Positions 25,601-38,374 of a DNA stretch of 63,888 bases are shown in pieces. Positions within the stretch are counted from its first letter, which is position 1; each line of letters opens with the position of its first letter. Both the position numbers and the translations under genes were made by a program. The notes beneath the pieces are model-generated. The model saw only the letters and a program-made list of their open reading frames with translations, did no database searches and was not told the DNA's origin. Source of the DNA: Carcharhinus longimanus (lineage: Eukaryota); contig JASCQW010000043.1 of assembly GCA_030264375.1 (NCBI GenBank), positions 50,254,032-50,317,919 on the forward strand. Reading direction: 5' to 3'.

Positions 25601-26165
25601 GTTCAGCCAAAGCGAGTATAAGATATTGACACAAAGCAAATGGCTTAACCGCCAAAGATTTCCCTGCCCTGTTAAGGCATGCACCAAAACTTGCTTCCCT
25701 CATCTTCAGCTATACCAAAGCGCCTGTGACACATTATAAAGTCTTTTTCTAGAATGTGAGACTTACCTGCACCCTTGCAGGAACGAATAGAAGAGTGAAA
25801 CCATTATCTCTAAGGGGGTTTTCTTCACCCGATGTGAAGTCCTGTACTGCCATACCCTCAAACCTTCTCTAATTACACCAAGGAAACTTTCTCATCAATA
25901 AAGAGGAGAGAAGATATGCCACAAACAGGGCAGACAAACATAAGAACATAACATAAGGACATAAGAAATAGGAGCAGGAGTAGGCCAACTAGCCCTTTGA
26001 GCCTGCCCCGCCATTCAGTAAGATCATGGCTGATCTGTCGTGGCTCAGTTCCACATTCCCGCCCTNNNNNNNNNNNNNNNNNNNNNNNNNNNNNNNNNNN
26101 NNNNNNNNNNNNNNNNNNNNNNNNNNNNNNNNNNNNNNNNNNNNNNNNNNNNNNNNNNNNNNNNN

Positions 26166-26286
26166 AGCCTCTCTGCGCGCACGCACACCCCCAGCCTCTC
26201 TGCGCGCACGCACACCCCCGGCCTCTCTTCGTGCGTGCACACACCCCCAGCCTCTCTGCGCGCACGCACACCCCCAGCCTCTCTGC
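26166..26286. repeat. GC-rich minisatellite, ~27-bp unit
   Basis: agcctctctgcgcgcacgcacaccccc repeated about 4.5 times, abutting a gap. Confidence 0.9.
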
Positions 26287-27109
26287 AGTGTGAAAGGGAG
26301 AGATGGAGGGAACTCTAGATGCTTCAGTTATGATCTTACAAAACGCCCTCAATTCCAAGGGGGTGAAAGGTTATCCGGGGTGGGGGGGGGGGGAGCGGCC
26401 GGAACGTTGGGGTGAGATTACCATCAGATTAGCCATGATCGTATTGCATGGGCCAGCAGGCTCGAGGGGCCGAGTGGCCTGCTCCTGATTCCCATGTTGA
26501 CACGTCCCCTCAGACTGGGATATTGCCAAGGGCACTCCGAGGATCGGAGTTAAACTCAGAATTTAGAAACCAACCAATTTGTCGAGGGCAGTTTTATTTC
26601 AACATTGGATTCAGAATCAAAATATTCCCAATTATCAGAATCGTTCCGGACAAAGGGTCCTGGAATTCCGGCTGCCCGTCTCCCAAAACGCTGTGATTGA
26701 CGGGAGGGTCAACTGAGGCAGGACAGAGGGCTGGGGAGGGGGGGGTGCGGGGGGGGCGCATTGTCACCCCTCCACGTCTCACTCCAAGTTACCCACCATC
26801 CTGACTCAGAGACACATCGCTGATCCTTCACCGTCTCCAGGACACTAAATCCCGGATGTAACAGGAAGCCTTTCCACCACCGCCGCCGCCTTCTCCTCCA
26901 GGGGCAATTAGGGATGGGCAATACCTGTTGGCCAAGCCGGCAGCACCCACCCCCCCCCCCAAAAATAAAACCAGTTTAAAAGAAAAGTGACTGGGGAAGA
27001 TCAGACTGAGAAAGAGTTTCCTCTTCAGCACTCGGAGGGGGAAATCTGTCTCGACTTTCCCCGCTGGCGAGGGTTTAAGAGGAACTCGAGAGCAAAATCA
27101 GAATCAAAA

Positions 27110-27243
27110 ACTGTGGGGGGAAACCTACGCAGACACGAGGAGAATGTGCAAACTCCACGCAGACAGTGACCCCGAGCCGGGAATCGAACCCAGGACCCTG
27201 GGAGCTGTGAAGCAGCAGTGCTAACCACTGTGCTACCATGCAC
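27110..27243 (-). mobile_element. HE1/V-SINE-like SINE 5' half
   Basis: cccgagccgggaatcgaacc…gcagcagtgctaaccactgtgctaccatgc, nearly identical to 1-70. Confidence 0.85.
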
Positions 27244-27989
27244 TATGCCTGATATTCTTTTCCATGCTATTCATTTTTGGGGGCTAATTATAATTGCCAC
27301 AGTACTATGGGGGAGCTGGGAAGTTGTGAGAGCATGCAGTAGTCCCTGTGGTAACAATTCTACTTGTTTTTATTTCTAAAATACTCCTCAATTATTGATT
27401 CTACCACTAACAACCTCAATGCGCTACACATTTAAAAACTAAGGGTGCCAAAATACATTTAAGCAGAGAGAGTTTGGCAAATAAAGAACATGTAATGGAC
27501 TGAAACACTGAACATTGAGCAGATTCCTAATAAAGGAGGCTGTTATGAATCAAAAATTGGATAAGACTGAACTTAAGCCATAAAACTAATCTTCAAAAGA
27601 GGGCCTTCAAAATTTATATGTTCTAAGTATAATATCATTAATAATTTACAAGGACAGTGGATTGAATAAGGCTGTAAAGTCCGCAATGTTAATGGACATC
27701 TTCAAACTATAAATGTAAAATGTTTCCATGATGTTCATGATCCCTCTTACTGAAGTCATCTTTATCCCATAACAATCAAGTGTAGTGGAACTGAATTGGT
27801 TTTCATTAGTGGAGAGGAAATATGGACCAGGTTTTTCAAATGTTGAAAGGGGTTACACAGATTGAAAAATCATTGCATATGGACTGTGAGTGCAGAACTG
27901 AAGGATATGGGAATAAAGTGAACATATCTTTAAAAGTTTCCAGATGAGGCGAGTCCCCTACTGAGTTTTTGTATAACTGAGAAGTGTTC

Positions 27990-28360
27990 AAAACCATGTC
28001 AGATCTGAACTGAGCTGATAGGGAGAAACTGTTCCCATTGCTAGAATGGTCACGAACCAAAGGATACCAATTTAAAGCAATTGGCAAAGACCTACAGGCA
28101 ACAAGGAGAAAATTGTTTTGATACAGTAGTGGTTAGGATCTGGAATGTACTACCTGGGATTGTGAAGGAGGCAGATTCAACTGTACCTTTCAAAAAGAAA
28201 TTGGATAATTATCCAACAGTAAAAGGTTTTTAGGGCTCCTGGGAAAAAGTCAGCAGGGGAGAGGGGGTGCGAGTGAGCTGACTTGTTTGCGCAGAGAAGC
28301 AGTATAGACGTGGAGAGGTCAAATGACCTCCTTCTGTGCAGCAGCCATTTTATGATTCTA
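27990..28360 (+). mobile_element. CR1-type LINE 3' fragment
   Basis: gagaaactgttcccattg (EKLFPL), gtggttaggatctggaat (VVRIWN), tail tcaaatgacctccttctgtgc…tatgattcta. Confidence 0.75.
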
Positions 28361-28812
28361 TAAATGGTGGATTAGACTTCCAATTACATAAGTTAATGTT
28401 GTTTTCATAAACGCCTTCAAGGAAGATCTGTTTTGGAGTGAAATTGAAGGCTATAAGAATAAAAGAGAAAAGATAATCAACTGAGTTATGGAACATTTGG
28501 GGCCATGTGTTTTGGGCCCAGTGAAATATCATTCCAAGGAATATATTACACAGAATTCAAGTTTTAAATTTTCCTTGGAGGGGAGGGAGGAGGGGATCAG
28601 GAAGAAACTTTGCAGAATCTATTGTTGGGAGATTGAAAAGGATTGAGTTCATGCCCATTCCTTATTACCTATTTTTAACTGAAGTTTTTACTATAAATTT
28701 ACAGGCCAAATGGAAGTTAAAATGCAAAGTAATCTGCAGTGGCTGAATATTTTTCCTATTCACATCCATAGATCTGGGCTGCAATTCAGTGCTGACATGC
28801 TTTAATACTCAC

Positions 28813-29414
28813 CGGCTTCCTCTTCATTCAAGTTCAATAGATGTGGGATGAGTGGTTGGAGAAAGGAACAGTTTGGGTATTTAACCCTCAATTTTTCTGT
28901 AGCAACAAAATCTGCATTTATCGCAAACCAAGCAACAAGACCATCATCTTTCACATCATCCTGAGTGAAAGCACTGCCGACTGCCGATTTAACACAAGAT
29001 CCAGAATTATTTCCCTGCAGCTCTGCTCCGAGGAAAATAGAAGTGACTTCTGATTCAGCCGAGATCTGCTCTATGTCCTCATAATGCAATCTGCAGAGAT
29101 GGATGTTAGTTTTTCCAGAGTTTTCACATTTTGCTGAAGTAACCAATGGATTTAAATTGGAAAACAAGATGTAGATAGTGGTTGGTTGAATCTGCTTGTC
29201 TTTTAGCCAGTTAGAGTTGCTTCTTTTTTCACTTACTCTATTGAGCAAAGTTCTGCCAAAATAATTTTCATTTTCTTCTGGGCCATCATACGACATTCTT
29301 GATCTAGCACCAGGTTTGGGATTTGCCAACAAATCAGCGACAAGCTTATGCCCCCAGAATTTTGCAATATCCAGTGCTGTTTGTCCGGAATTATTTGAAA
29401 TAGATCTATTGCAC
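28813..29414 (-). CDS. NUDT12: NUDT12 coding exon 2
   Basis: Acceptor ttttctccag|G. Encodes CNRSISNNSGQTALDIAKFWG...ENYFGRTLLNRVSEKR...DGLVAWFA...EEEAG. Donor G|GTGAGT at 28812. Confidence 0.95.
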
Positions 29415-30470
29415 CTGGAGAAAAGCAAAAAGCACACAGTATACTGAATTAGACTTCATTCACTCAGGACTCTGACCTTAGTTTTCCATCCATCTTTTTT
29501 CAAAAGGTTACAAACTAACTTTCAGCTAAAATGATGCTGCCAGCACATTATTTGGTGATTAAAATCAGAGATATGATAGACCTTTGCTGGCCATTGTCAA
29601 AATGTTTTAACCTGGACTATGTTACGCTGATTTGGTCAAAACAACAAGGACATTCTATAAACTAATCAGCGTAAGCAATGACTGAACAAATTTCCCAGTA
29701 AATAACACAGTCTTATAAAGAATGATTCCCACAGCTTCCCTCCACTGTCCGGGCTGAGTTACATGGTTAAAGCTAGAGCAGCAATTGTATTAAAACAGGC
29801 ATCAATGCACATGGCAGCAGCATAATTGCACAGCGTTCCCACATTCTAATCTCTATAATGTAGAAGTTTTCATCATGGATTCAACTGAAGACAGTGCAGC
29901 AGTGTCCCCAAGGCTGAATAAGTCTTACTGTCAAACTTCACTTGTGAATTACTGCAACCTAGATAAGCTACTGCATGGTACCTGACATGGCTGGAAACAT
30001 ATCTATTATGATGTCAAAGCTTCTAAGAAAATAGAGGAAATTGCAAGTAAAAAAAAGCACCAGGCTGTAGAAAAAGGCTGGAAGGCCAAGGTTCCAGGCA
30101 AAACCTTATAATCAATTCCTGATCTGAATTATAAACTAACAAATGACTACATGCTGATTGCCATAATTCAATTATCTTCGCAACTTTCTAAAAATACATT
30201 TCTTTTAACTGTTTAAACTCAGAAAGATTGTAAGGAGCTCAATTGTTTGCAAACTATAGAACTGTGCAATATGACTAATATAACTTAGCAATTTTCAGAA
30301 CAAGGATTTTGCTTCCACAGCCAGCTCGCTTTTATACTGCAAATGAATTTGAGTATCATGAACTCTAGAGTTCCTGAAAACTTAATTCATATTATCTGAT
30401 GTGAACCAACTAACTACAGCTACAGTTCTTACAGATTACAGAAACTTTTCATTAAAGACTGCTCCTTTAC

Positions 30471-30676
30471 CCCTTTTCAAGCAGTAGCTGGGAAACCTCA
30501 AAATGTCCATTTCTGCTGGCGTACATCAAAGCAGTCCAGCCTTTCTCATCCACTTCATCCACGAGAAAACTGGAATAATTTAGCATCGTTGACATTTTTG
30601 CTGCATCTCCTTTAGCTGCATTCTCATGGAATTTTTTGACCATTTCTTTCTCAGGATTGTTTTCAGCCTCTGCCAT
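30471..30676 (-). CDS. NUDT12: NUDT12 coding exon 1 (start codon, ankyrin repeats)
   Basis: MAEAENN...GWTALMYASRNGHFEVSQLLLEKG is an ankyrin repeat. ATG at 30676 is in strong context (aggATGg). Donor GG|GTAAAG at 30470, phase 2. Confidence 0.95.
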
Positions 30677-31483
30677 CCTTGTTTTGCCTAAACTGGCAAA
30701 GTATAGATATTGAGTAAGTTACATTCAATACGGAAAGTGTAGACAGCAACACTTAAGGAATTACTGTGAAGCATGTGGGCTTTGTGAAAAAGCAAAGGCT
30801 GCTATTTTAATTATTTATAAAAAGCAAAACACAAACATTAGAAATATGAATTAAAAGTTGAAAATATGAGAAACAGAAATATAGGACATTTCAAGTGAGA
30901 TCTTTTATCAGAGCTATACAATAAAGGAAGTAAGAAACAATTTGCAAATGAATGTTCTCTTTATAGTTAACATATGGACCCTGATCTTCTGCTCTCTGGA
31001 TGGTCAGATACATGCCTAGAGAATGCACTAAGGAACCTCTCTGATGTTCCAGCACAAGGACTATATGGGAATTGCTTTGGAATTTCAACTTCCAATGGGA
31101 AATTCCCAAGTTAGAGTCAACGACTTGAGGGTTCTGACTTACTTATCTGAGTAGTTATCCAGGAAATATTAAACAGAAAAAAAGTGTCTAACGTGACAAT
31201 CCTGCTGACCTTCCAACTATCCTCTGACTCTACCTCACCACCCTACTCACTCACACCCACTCACTAATATGGCAGCAAAACCCACAGAAACAGGGATGAT
31301 CCTGCACTTTAAAGAAGGATTCTGAGAACAGGCACGCTTCGCATTTCTAAGAGACCAGGTTCGGTGTTGTGAGCCAGAAATGCGGAGTTTCACCTTTGCG
31401 CAAAAAAACGAGTGGGATGACAATGGAATGATAATTATCAGATTTGGCCTTGTATAATTTTAAAAGTCTACTTTACCAACAGA

Positions 31484-31930
31484 AAGTTTAAAGTTTATTT
31501 ATTAGTGTCACAAGTAGGCTTACATTAACATTGCAGTGAAGTCACTGTGAAAATCCCCATGTCACCACACTCCGGTCNNNNNNNNNNNNNNNNNNNNNNN
31601 NNNNNNNNNNNNNNNNNNNNNNNNNNNNNNNNNNNNNNNNNNNNNNNNNNNNNNNNNNNNNNNNNNNNNNNNNNNNNACAGAAAGTTTAAAGTTTATTTA
31701 TTAGTGTCACAAGTAGGCTTACATTAACATTGCAGTGAAGTTACTGTGAAAATCCCCATGTCACCACACTCCGGTCACTAAGGGAGAATTTAGCATGGCC
31801 AATGCACCTAACCAGCATATCTTTTGGATTGTGGGAGGAAACCAGAAGACCCAGAGGAAACCCACAAATGTGCAGACTCCACACAGTGACCTAAGCTGGG
31901 AATCGAGCCCAGGAGCCAGGTGCTGTGAGG
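31484..31930 (-). mobile_element. V-SINE-like SINE with alternative tail; tail duplicated across a gap
   Basis: aaagtttatttattagtgtcacaagtaggcttacattaacattgcagtgaag on both sides of the N run, followed by the SINE body. Confidence 0.8.
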
Positions 31931-32137
31931 GAGAAAGTTTGGGAGAACAGAGATTTCCTAACTTACTGGTGTTACAGCTTTGAGCAATTTTCTGAATACT
32001 TTACCAACTACTATTTACCATTCATGTCATTATAGTAAGTGACTTCAATTATTCTTCTGAGTGAGACAGATATTTACTTGCATTTTTTTCAACCTAGTAC
32101 ACTATTTTCACTGCTCATAATGTAGACTCATCCATAT

Positions 32138-33150
32138 ACATAGAATCATGGAGTGTGTACAGTGCAGAAGAGGTCATTCAGTTCATGAAATCTTCACTGA
32201 CTCTCTAACAGAGTATCTTACCCAAGCCCTAACCTGCACCCTATTCTTGTAACCGGACACATTTCCTATGGCTAATCCATCGAGCCTACACACCTCGGGA
32301 CACTAAAGGGCCAATCCACCAACTAAGCTGCACATCTTTGGACTGTGGGAGGAAACTGGAGCAACCAGAAGAAACCCACGCACAGATGGGGAAACAAACC
32401 AAAGCAACTTTGCTAAATCATAGAATCATAGAACTGTACAGTGCAGAAAGAGGCCCTTCAGCCCATCAAGTCTGCACCGAACACAATCCTACCCAGGCCC
32501 TACCCCAATATCCNNNNNNNNNNNNNNNNNNNNNNNNNNNNNNNNNNNNNNNNNNNNNNNNNNNNNNNNNNNNNNNNNNNNNNNNNNNNNNNNNNNNNNN
32601 NNNNNNNNNNNNNNNNNNNNNNNNNNNNNNNNNNNNNNNNNNNNNNNNNNNNNNNNNNNNNNNNNNNNNNNNNNNNNNNNNNNNNNNNNNNNNNNNNNNN
32701 NNNNNNNNNNNNNNNNNNNNNNNNNNNNNNNNNNNNNNNNNNNNNNNNNNNNNNNNNNNNNNNNNNNNNNNNNNNNNNNNNNNNNNNNNNNNNNNNNNNN
32801 NNNNNNNNNNNNNNNNNNNNNNNNNNNNNNNNNNNNNNNNNNNNNNNNNNNNNNNNNNNNNNNNNNNNNNNNNNNNNNNNNNNNNNNNNNNNNNNNNNNN
32901 NNNNNNNNNNNNNNNNNNNNNNNNNNNNNNNNNNNNNNNNNNNNNNNNNNNNNNNNNNNNNNNNNNNNNNNNNNNNNNNNNNNNNNNNNNNNNNNNNNNN
33001 NNNNNNNNNNNNNNNNNNNNNNNNNNNNNNNNNNNNNNNNNNNNNNNNNNNNNNNNNNNNGGCCCTTCGGCCCATTGAGTCTGCACCGAACACAATCCCA
33101 CCCAGGCCCTACCCCCATATCCCTACATATTTTACCCATTAATCTCTTTA
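32138..33150 (-). mobile_element. Cluster of HE1-like SINE 3' portions around a gap
   Basis: catagaatc…acagtgcagaa…ggcccttc tails at 32138, 32418 and 33061. Confidence 0.75.
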
Positions 33151-34192
33151 ATTTATGCATCTCAGCTAACAGGATGGTGTGCCCCTTTGGTATTATTTTC
33201 GCTATGTATATATGCTTTTTTTGCGATAAAGGCAAAAATATGCCTTTTTTTTGCTATGTCCCTGGGCCACTGGAACCTTCTGAATTTCATAAGCTTCTCA
33301 CCCCCTTTGGATCTGCTATATATATATATCTGTAAATTCTCTCATTCTTTTATCTTATCGTGATTGCAATTTAATCATTCCCTGTTCTGATTATTTCACA
33401 GCTTTGTTTTTTAATAGATGTGTTTATTTGCCTCACTTCCAGTTCATTCACTCTGATCCTCTTTATAAGCTGTTCATCTGTAACATCTCCCAGTTCTGAT
33501 GAAACGTTTTATCTGAAATCCTAATCCTGCTTTAATTCCTTCACAGATGCTGTCTGCCTTGCTCAGATTTTTCTGCTTTTATTGCAGACCCCAACATTTG
33601 GATTATATTGCGTTCGGTAAATCACTCGTTGTCTTGGAAGTCTGCTCTGTTCACTCCCATGTGTGGGGTGGGGGATCAGAGGAGAGGGTTTATTGCCCTT
33701 TTGCAGCTGTCTGCTGGTAAGCTAAACGAAATCAATGTGTGAAATGGAGTGAGATGAAAAACTGAGTAACCGATTCGCCATCCGATTCATCATGGAAAAA
33801 ATGCCTTGTAATGCGCGCACGCACACACATATATATATATCTACACCTTGTTCAGAATAAAACGTGTCTCTTTATTGAAACACTGCCCGTATCCTGTATT
33901 GTGGGAGTGAGGTAAGTGCATTTTGCGTGCCCAGCTTGTCTCCATATTCATATAAAGGCAAAACACTGCGGATGTCTCTATCCTCTCTGCACTGTCTCTA
34001 TCTGTGGCTGGAGAAACCGAGCTTCCGCCTTCCAGAAACACCTCTGCAAATCCCCAAAACTTTACCCTCTTTCCCCGCCCGAGAAAATGGACAAACTTCT
34101 TGCAGTGTAAATCAAATCAGTGATAAGGGCTGTTCTCAGCCCGAGAGATGATGCCATTCCCCTGCCCTGCTGAACAACAAATAAACGACTAC

Positions 34193-34450
34193 CTGAAATT
34201 GAAGGCGTTTCATTTCCCTTTGAAATTACTGTCTGTTGTTTATTTGTTGTTCGGGCACTGGACGAATGGGACGTTTTCCCCGTGACTGAGCCCTTTACAA
34301 AAAGCTCAGGGCTGCGAACAGCACAGGAGCGCAAACTTACACCGAAAGTCGAGCAGGAAATGCCAGGTTGGCTGTGACTAATCTCCCAGTGTGGAAATCA
34401 CACCGACAGAGCGGGGAGGACTTTGTACATTTCACAAATACAGCGGGCTC
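34193..34450 (-). other. NUDT12: Putative 5' non-coding exon of NUDT12
   Basis: Minus-strand donor CAG|GTAGTC at 34192 within a CpG-enriched, repeat-free stretch just downstream of promoter motifs. The first coding exon is preceded by AG acceptors (30688-30689, 30693-30694), implying an upstream exon. The 5' boundary is a guess. Confidence 0.45.
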
Positions 34451-34580
34451 TGAAATGTGCAAATCATGTTCACCACCCCCCACGCCCAAAAAACTAGATT
34501 CTTTGCCATTAAATCAAAAATAAGCGAAGATCTGAGATTTAATAATTTACAACCGCGAGTCTCTCTGCTTCACTAGTCGT

Positions 34581-34604
34581 TGCATTCCGGGAGTTGTAGT
34601 TCCC
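34581..34604 (-). promoter_or_regulatory. ZNF143(Staf)/THAP11-type ACTACAnnTCCC promoter motif
   Basis: Minus strand reads GGGAACTACAACTCCCGGAATGCA, a close match to the extended SBS motif of vertebrate housekeeping promoters. Confidence 0.75.
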
Positions 34605-34683
34605 ACTTTGAACTTCCTCAGTGACATTGCTGCCAGTCACAGAGGGCTCCCTCCGGATTACATATTTGAATAGACTCCCATTG

Positions 34684-34692
34684 AACCAATCA
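34684..34692 (+). promoter_or_regulatory. CCAAT box (NF-Y-like)
   Basis: AACCAATCA about 80 bp from the ZNF143-type motif. Confidence 0.45.
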
Positions 34693-34706
34693 CCGACAAC
34701 TCTCTT

Positions 34707-35012
34707 AAAGTTTATTTACTTGTGTTACAAGTTGGCTTACATTCACTCTGCAGTGAATTTACTGTGAAAAGCTCCTTGTCGCCACATTTGTGTGCATATT
34801 CTGGTACACTAGNNNNNNNNNNNNNNNNNNNNNNNNNNNNNNNNNNNNNNNNNNNNNNNNNNNNNNNNNNNNNNNNNNNNNNNNNNNNNNNNNNNNNNNN
34901 NNNNNNNNNNNNNATGCAGAATGTATACAGACTATGACTCAAGCCAGGAATTGAACCCAGGTCCCTGGCGCTGTGAGGTAGCAGTACTAACCGCTGTGCC
35001 ACCATGCCACCC
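34707..35012 (-). mobile_element. V-SINE-like SINE with alternative tail
   Basis: aaagtttatttacttgtgttacaagttggcttacatt tail and gcagtactaaccgctgtgccaccatgccaccc head. Confidence 0.8.
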
Positions 35013-36593
35013 ATCTCTGCATTTACATTAGTGGCTGTTCCCCTCCCCGGCATTGCCCCTTGGAGAGTTTGAAGACAATTTGGTCCATCATCTACAGAGT
35101 GATAGGGAAGCTCTTATGAAATACAAAATAAGGGATGATCCTTCCATGCATGGGGTGAGAGGAATGGGTGTTGAGACCATAACAGCAAGGGGGATGGGTT
35201 TAAAATCAACTAGAACTTAATCTAGTTGAGTCACACAACATTATCAGCTACTGGCTTGCAGCCTCACCTGAACCATTCAGACTCATGCTAGAGACTTCCA
35301 GTTTCTCACAGGCTACCCTGAAATATTGGACAACAAGATATCTTCAGGGACATGGGACAGTCAAAAAAGGGACAATTCCTTGGCATAGGGGATAGTTGGC
35401 CACCCAGGATAATCTAGTCTAAAACGTACAGAGTGAGGACAATCTAGTCCATAGTGTACAATGTTGTTCTACACCGTTTGGTGATGCCATGGGTCATTGA
35501 CTCTCCCAAATTCTATCTTGTTACGTCTTTGATTCCACTCTCATTACTTTTTGCAGGACTGGGTGCTTTTATTCCTTTACATTTTGTTTTAATTCCCTGT
35601 TATTTTGTTCTCATCAGGGCAACAAATGAAATGAATCACACCTTTTCTGCTTTGGAAGGATTGATTAGAGCTGGAAGTCAGCATGAGAAGCTGCCAATAT
35701 ATTAATGTCCTTTAGGTAAAGAAAATTGTCATCCTTACCTGGTCTGATCTACATGTGACTTCAGATCCACAGCAATGTGATTGACTCATAACTGCCCCTC
35801 AAGGGCAATTAGGGATGGTCAATAAATGCCAGTGATGCCTATGTCCCATTAAAAATACATTTTTTTAAAAAAGCTCCTGGACAGAATTAGGATTGAAAAC
35901 ATCTAGTAAATATAGAAATTGCTGGAAACACTGGGCAGGTCAGGGGCAACATCCGTGGAGAGGGACACAGAGTTAATGGCCAGGAATTAACCTCTGGAGA
36001 TAGCCTGGAACATGGGAGGACTGGCAAAATGGCAGCAGGATGTGTTGGGAGGCATGGATGCCAGCAACAGGATATTCAAGATGTGGTAACAGCAATGTGT
36101 CGGCCTCCCATTAACTGGCGGCAGGAAGCCAATTAGCTGAATTATTAATAGCCATTTTATGCCTCTGATAGCATATTATTGGCATCAGAATGTCCTCTTG
36201 CTAGATTTATGGGGAGACCACCAAGTACATTGCGGTGGCCTTTTGAGAGCTCCATGTCCTGTGGTGGGGGATAGTTGGCAGCAGCCTCCCCTGCTGCTCT
36301 ATCACCACCGCTGGAGGGGTTCACCCCCTCTGAGCTGGGTTCTGCCTACTTGGCTCTGGCACAAGGGGGAAAAAACCCCATCAGCCCCTTGAGGGCACCT
36401 TCAACATGGACAGGCCATTTCCTATTCCTTTTAGTCTTAGCAGTGACCACCTCTATTGGTGGCACTGATGAGCTGCTTCATTGAGAGGGTAGCATTCAAT
36501 TGACTGCTGCAGGGCCCCCTTCTACTATTGAGCTGATTTCCTGAGCTGTCCAGCCATTTCCTTCAGTGCAAGTGTCAAGGAAAAGTGGTGGAT

Positions 36594-36880
36594 TATTTAT
36601 TTCTTTATCAGTGTCACAAGTAGGCTTGAAGTTACTGTGAAAATCCCCTGGTTGCCACACACTGGCACCTGTTTGAGTAAGGGAAAAGTTAGAATGGTTA
36701 ATGCACCTAACCAGCATGTCTTTTGGACTGTGGGAGGAAACCAGAGCACCCGAAGGAAACCTATGCAGACACAGGAAGAACATACAGACTCCACACAGAC
36801 AGTGACCCAAGCCAGGAATCAAACCTGGGTCCCTGGCATTGTGAGGCAGTAGTGCTAACCATTGTGCCACTGTGCCGCCC
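36594..36880 (-). mobile_element. V-SINE-like SINE with alternative tail
   Basis: agtgtcacaagtaggcttgaagttactgtgaaaatccc tail and gtgctaaccattgtgccactgtgccgccc head. Confidence 0.85.
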
Positions 36881-38374
36881 CACATTGTCCTTCCCCCAAC
36901 ACTTTATATTGGTCTCCATCTGTTATTGCTGAATGCAGATAGTTGAGCTCTTGCTTTAGGTGCAGATTTTGATGAGATTCAGATGCTGTTGACAGGATTT
37001 CCTTGTCTAATTTACCTGCAAGAACTTAGTGAATACTGCTTTCCCCAATGAAACACAGTACTATGACTTTTCCCTCAAAATGGTTTCTTGACAGGCTGTC
37101 TTTTTTTTTGTCCCCATGGGATGTCCAATTTGCCTGCATCCTGCTTTCATTCTCAAAGGGAACAAGTTACAGGAATGCAATTGGAGGTAGCATTATTCCA
37201 GACTGTCTTCTGCTGTCAAACCAGTAGTAGACTCTGCATCACTTTGAAGTGGTTTTGTGTGCTGCTGAAGTGATTTGTTCACTGGAAATGGAGTCCGATG
37301 TTGGATTCAATCACAAGGCAACGAGTAGAATAATGATGGGAATAGGGTGAAGCTGCTGACAGCTGAGTATTGCTTTATCCCTTTCACTGGATTTTTAGCC
37401 CATCAGGGCTTGTTGTGAAACCACAGTCTTTTCTGAATCGCTGTGGAGGTGTTGAATCACTGGAGTCACTGATGGGCAGTTCACAGTTTGCTGAAAAATC
37501 AATTATCTTATAGGTTAACAGAACATCGAAGCATGTTCATTTTATGGCCCCCATTAATGGCAGCTAGCTCAGCACAGGTCAATGCCAGGCATTTCTCTCT
37601 ATATAAGAAAGTCTGGACTAAACAGTGGTGATCTGTAGGGATCAGAACTCCAATTGTCTGAGGCAAAGGAAGTATTGGCAAGGATTAGGATAAATCAGAT
37701 GCATTTGGTGCAACTTTTCACACTTCTTTTTGTTCTTTCCCCCAGTTTCTAATGCGATTACTCTAAAATAACAATGTCACTCTTTAATGGCCTGAGGCCC
37801 ACAGCTAACTCGCTGTGCTTAGATGGATTGACTAAAATGTCAATATTGACTACTTGACTTACTGTCTAAAGGCAGTATTCTTTACAAATCTGTCATGCCT
37901 GACTGCACTGCAACTAGTCTGGGGGTATAGGGGGCAAGTAAGGACAATGCTGCTTTTAGTTGGAGTGAAGGAAAATTTGAAGTAATCGTGAAAGCTGAAA
38001 AGAAACACAAAAAAGGTTAAATGCATGTTTTCATAAGGATAAAACATATTTCACTGCCCATGGATCTTTTTAAAGGGCATAGTCATAGGGTAATATGTTT
38101 TGGTAGGAAAAATAGGAGGTCACTATTAAGCAGAAGGTGCAAGTCTGAAGAGGATTTCAGAATTTAAATATACCAACAGTTAAGACCTGAATTATAGGGT
38201 CACTGGGCGATCACAGTTGAAGCGATCGGAGTGAATGTGAAATCTGCTCCCGACCGCTATCGTCTCCCAAGTTGATTACACTCTGCCACGGGTGCGGGGT
38301 TGAAAAGGAATGTCCTAAATGCTGCTTTGCACAGAGGAACTGTTCTAGAGAGGTGTTGAAATCCTAAAAGGAGC

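Noticed and set aside
26166-26286. Regular repeats as a possible CRISPR-like array
   Set aside because: Head-to-tail minisatellite with no unique spacers, in vertebrate DNA with no cas genes.
33909-33917. Perfect plus-strand donor GAG|GTAAGT near the promoter
   Set aside because: An isolated 9-mer with no supported exon or ORF. It could occur by chance.
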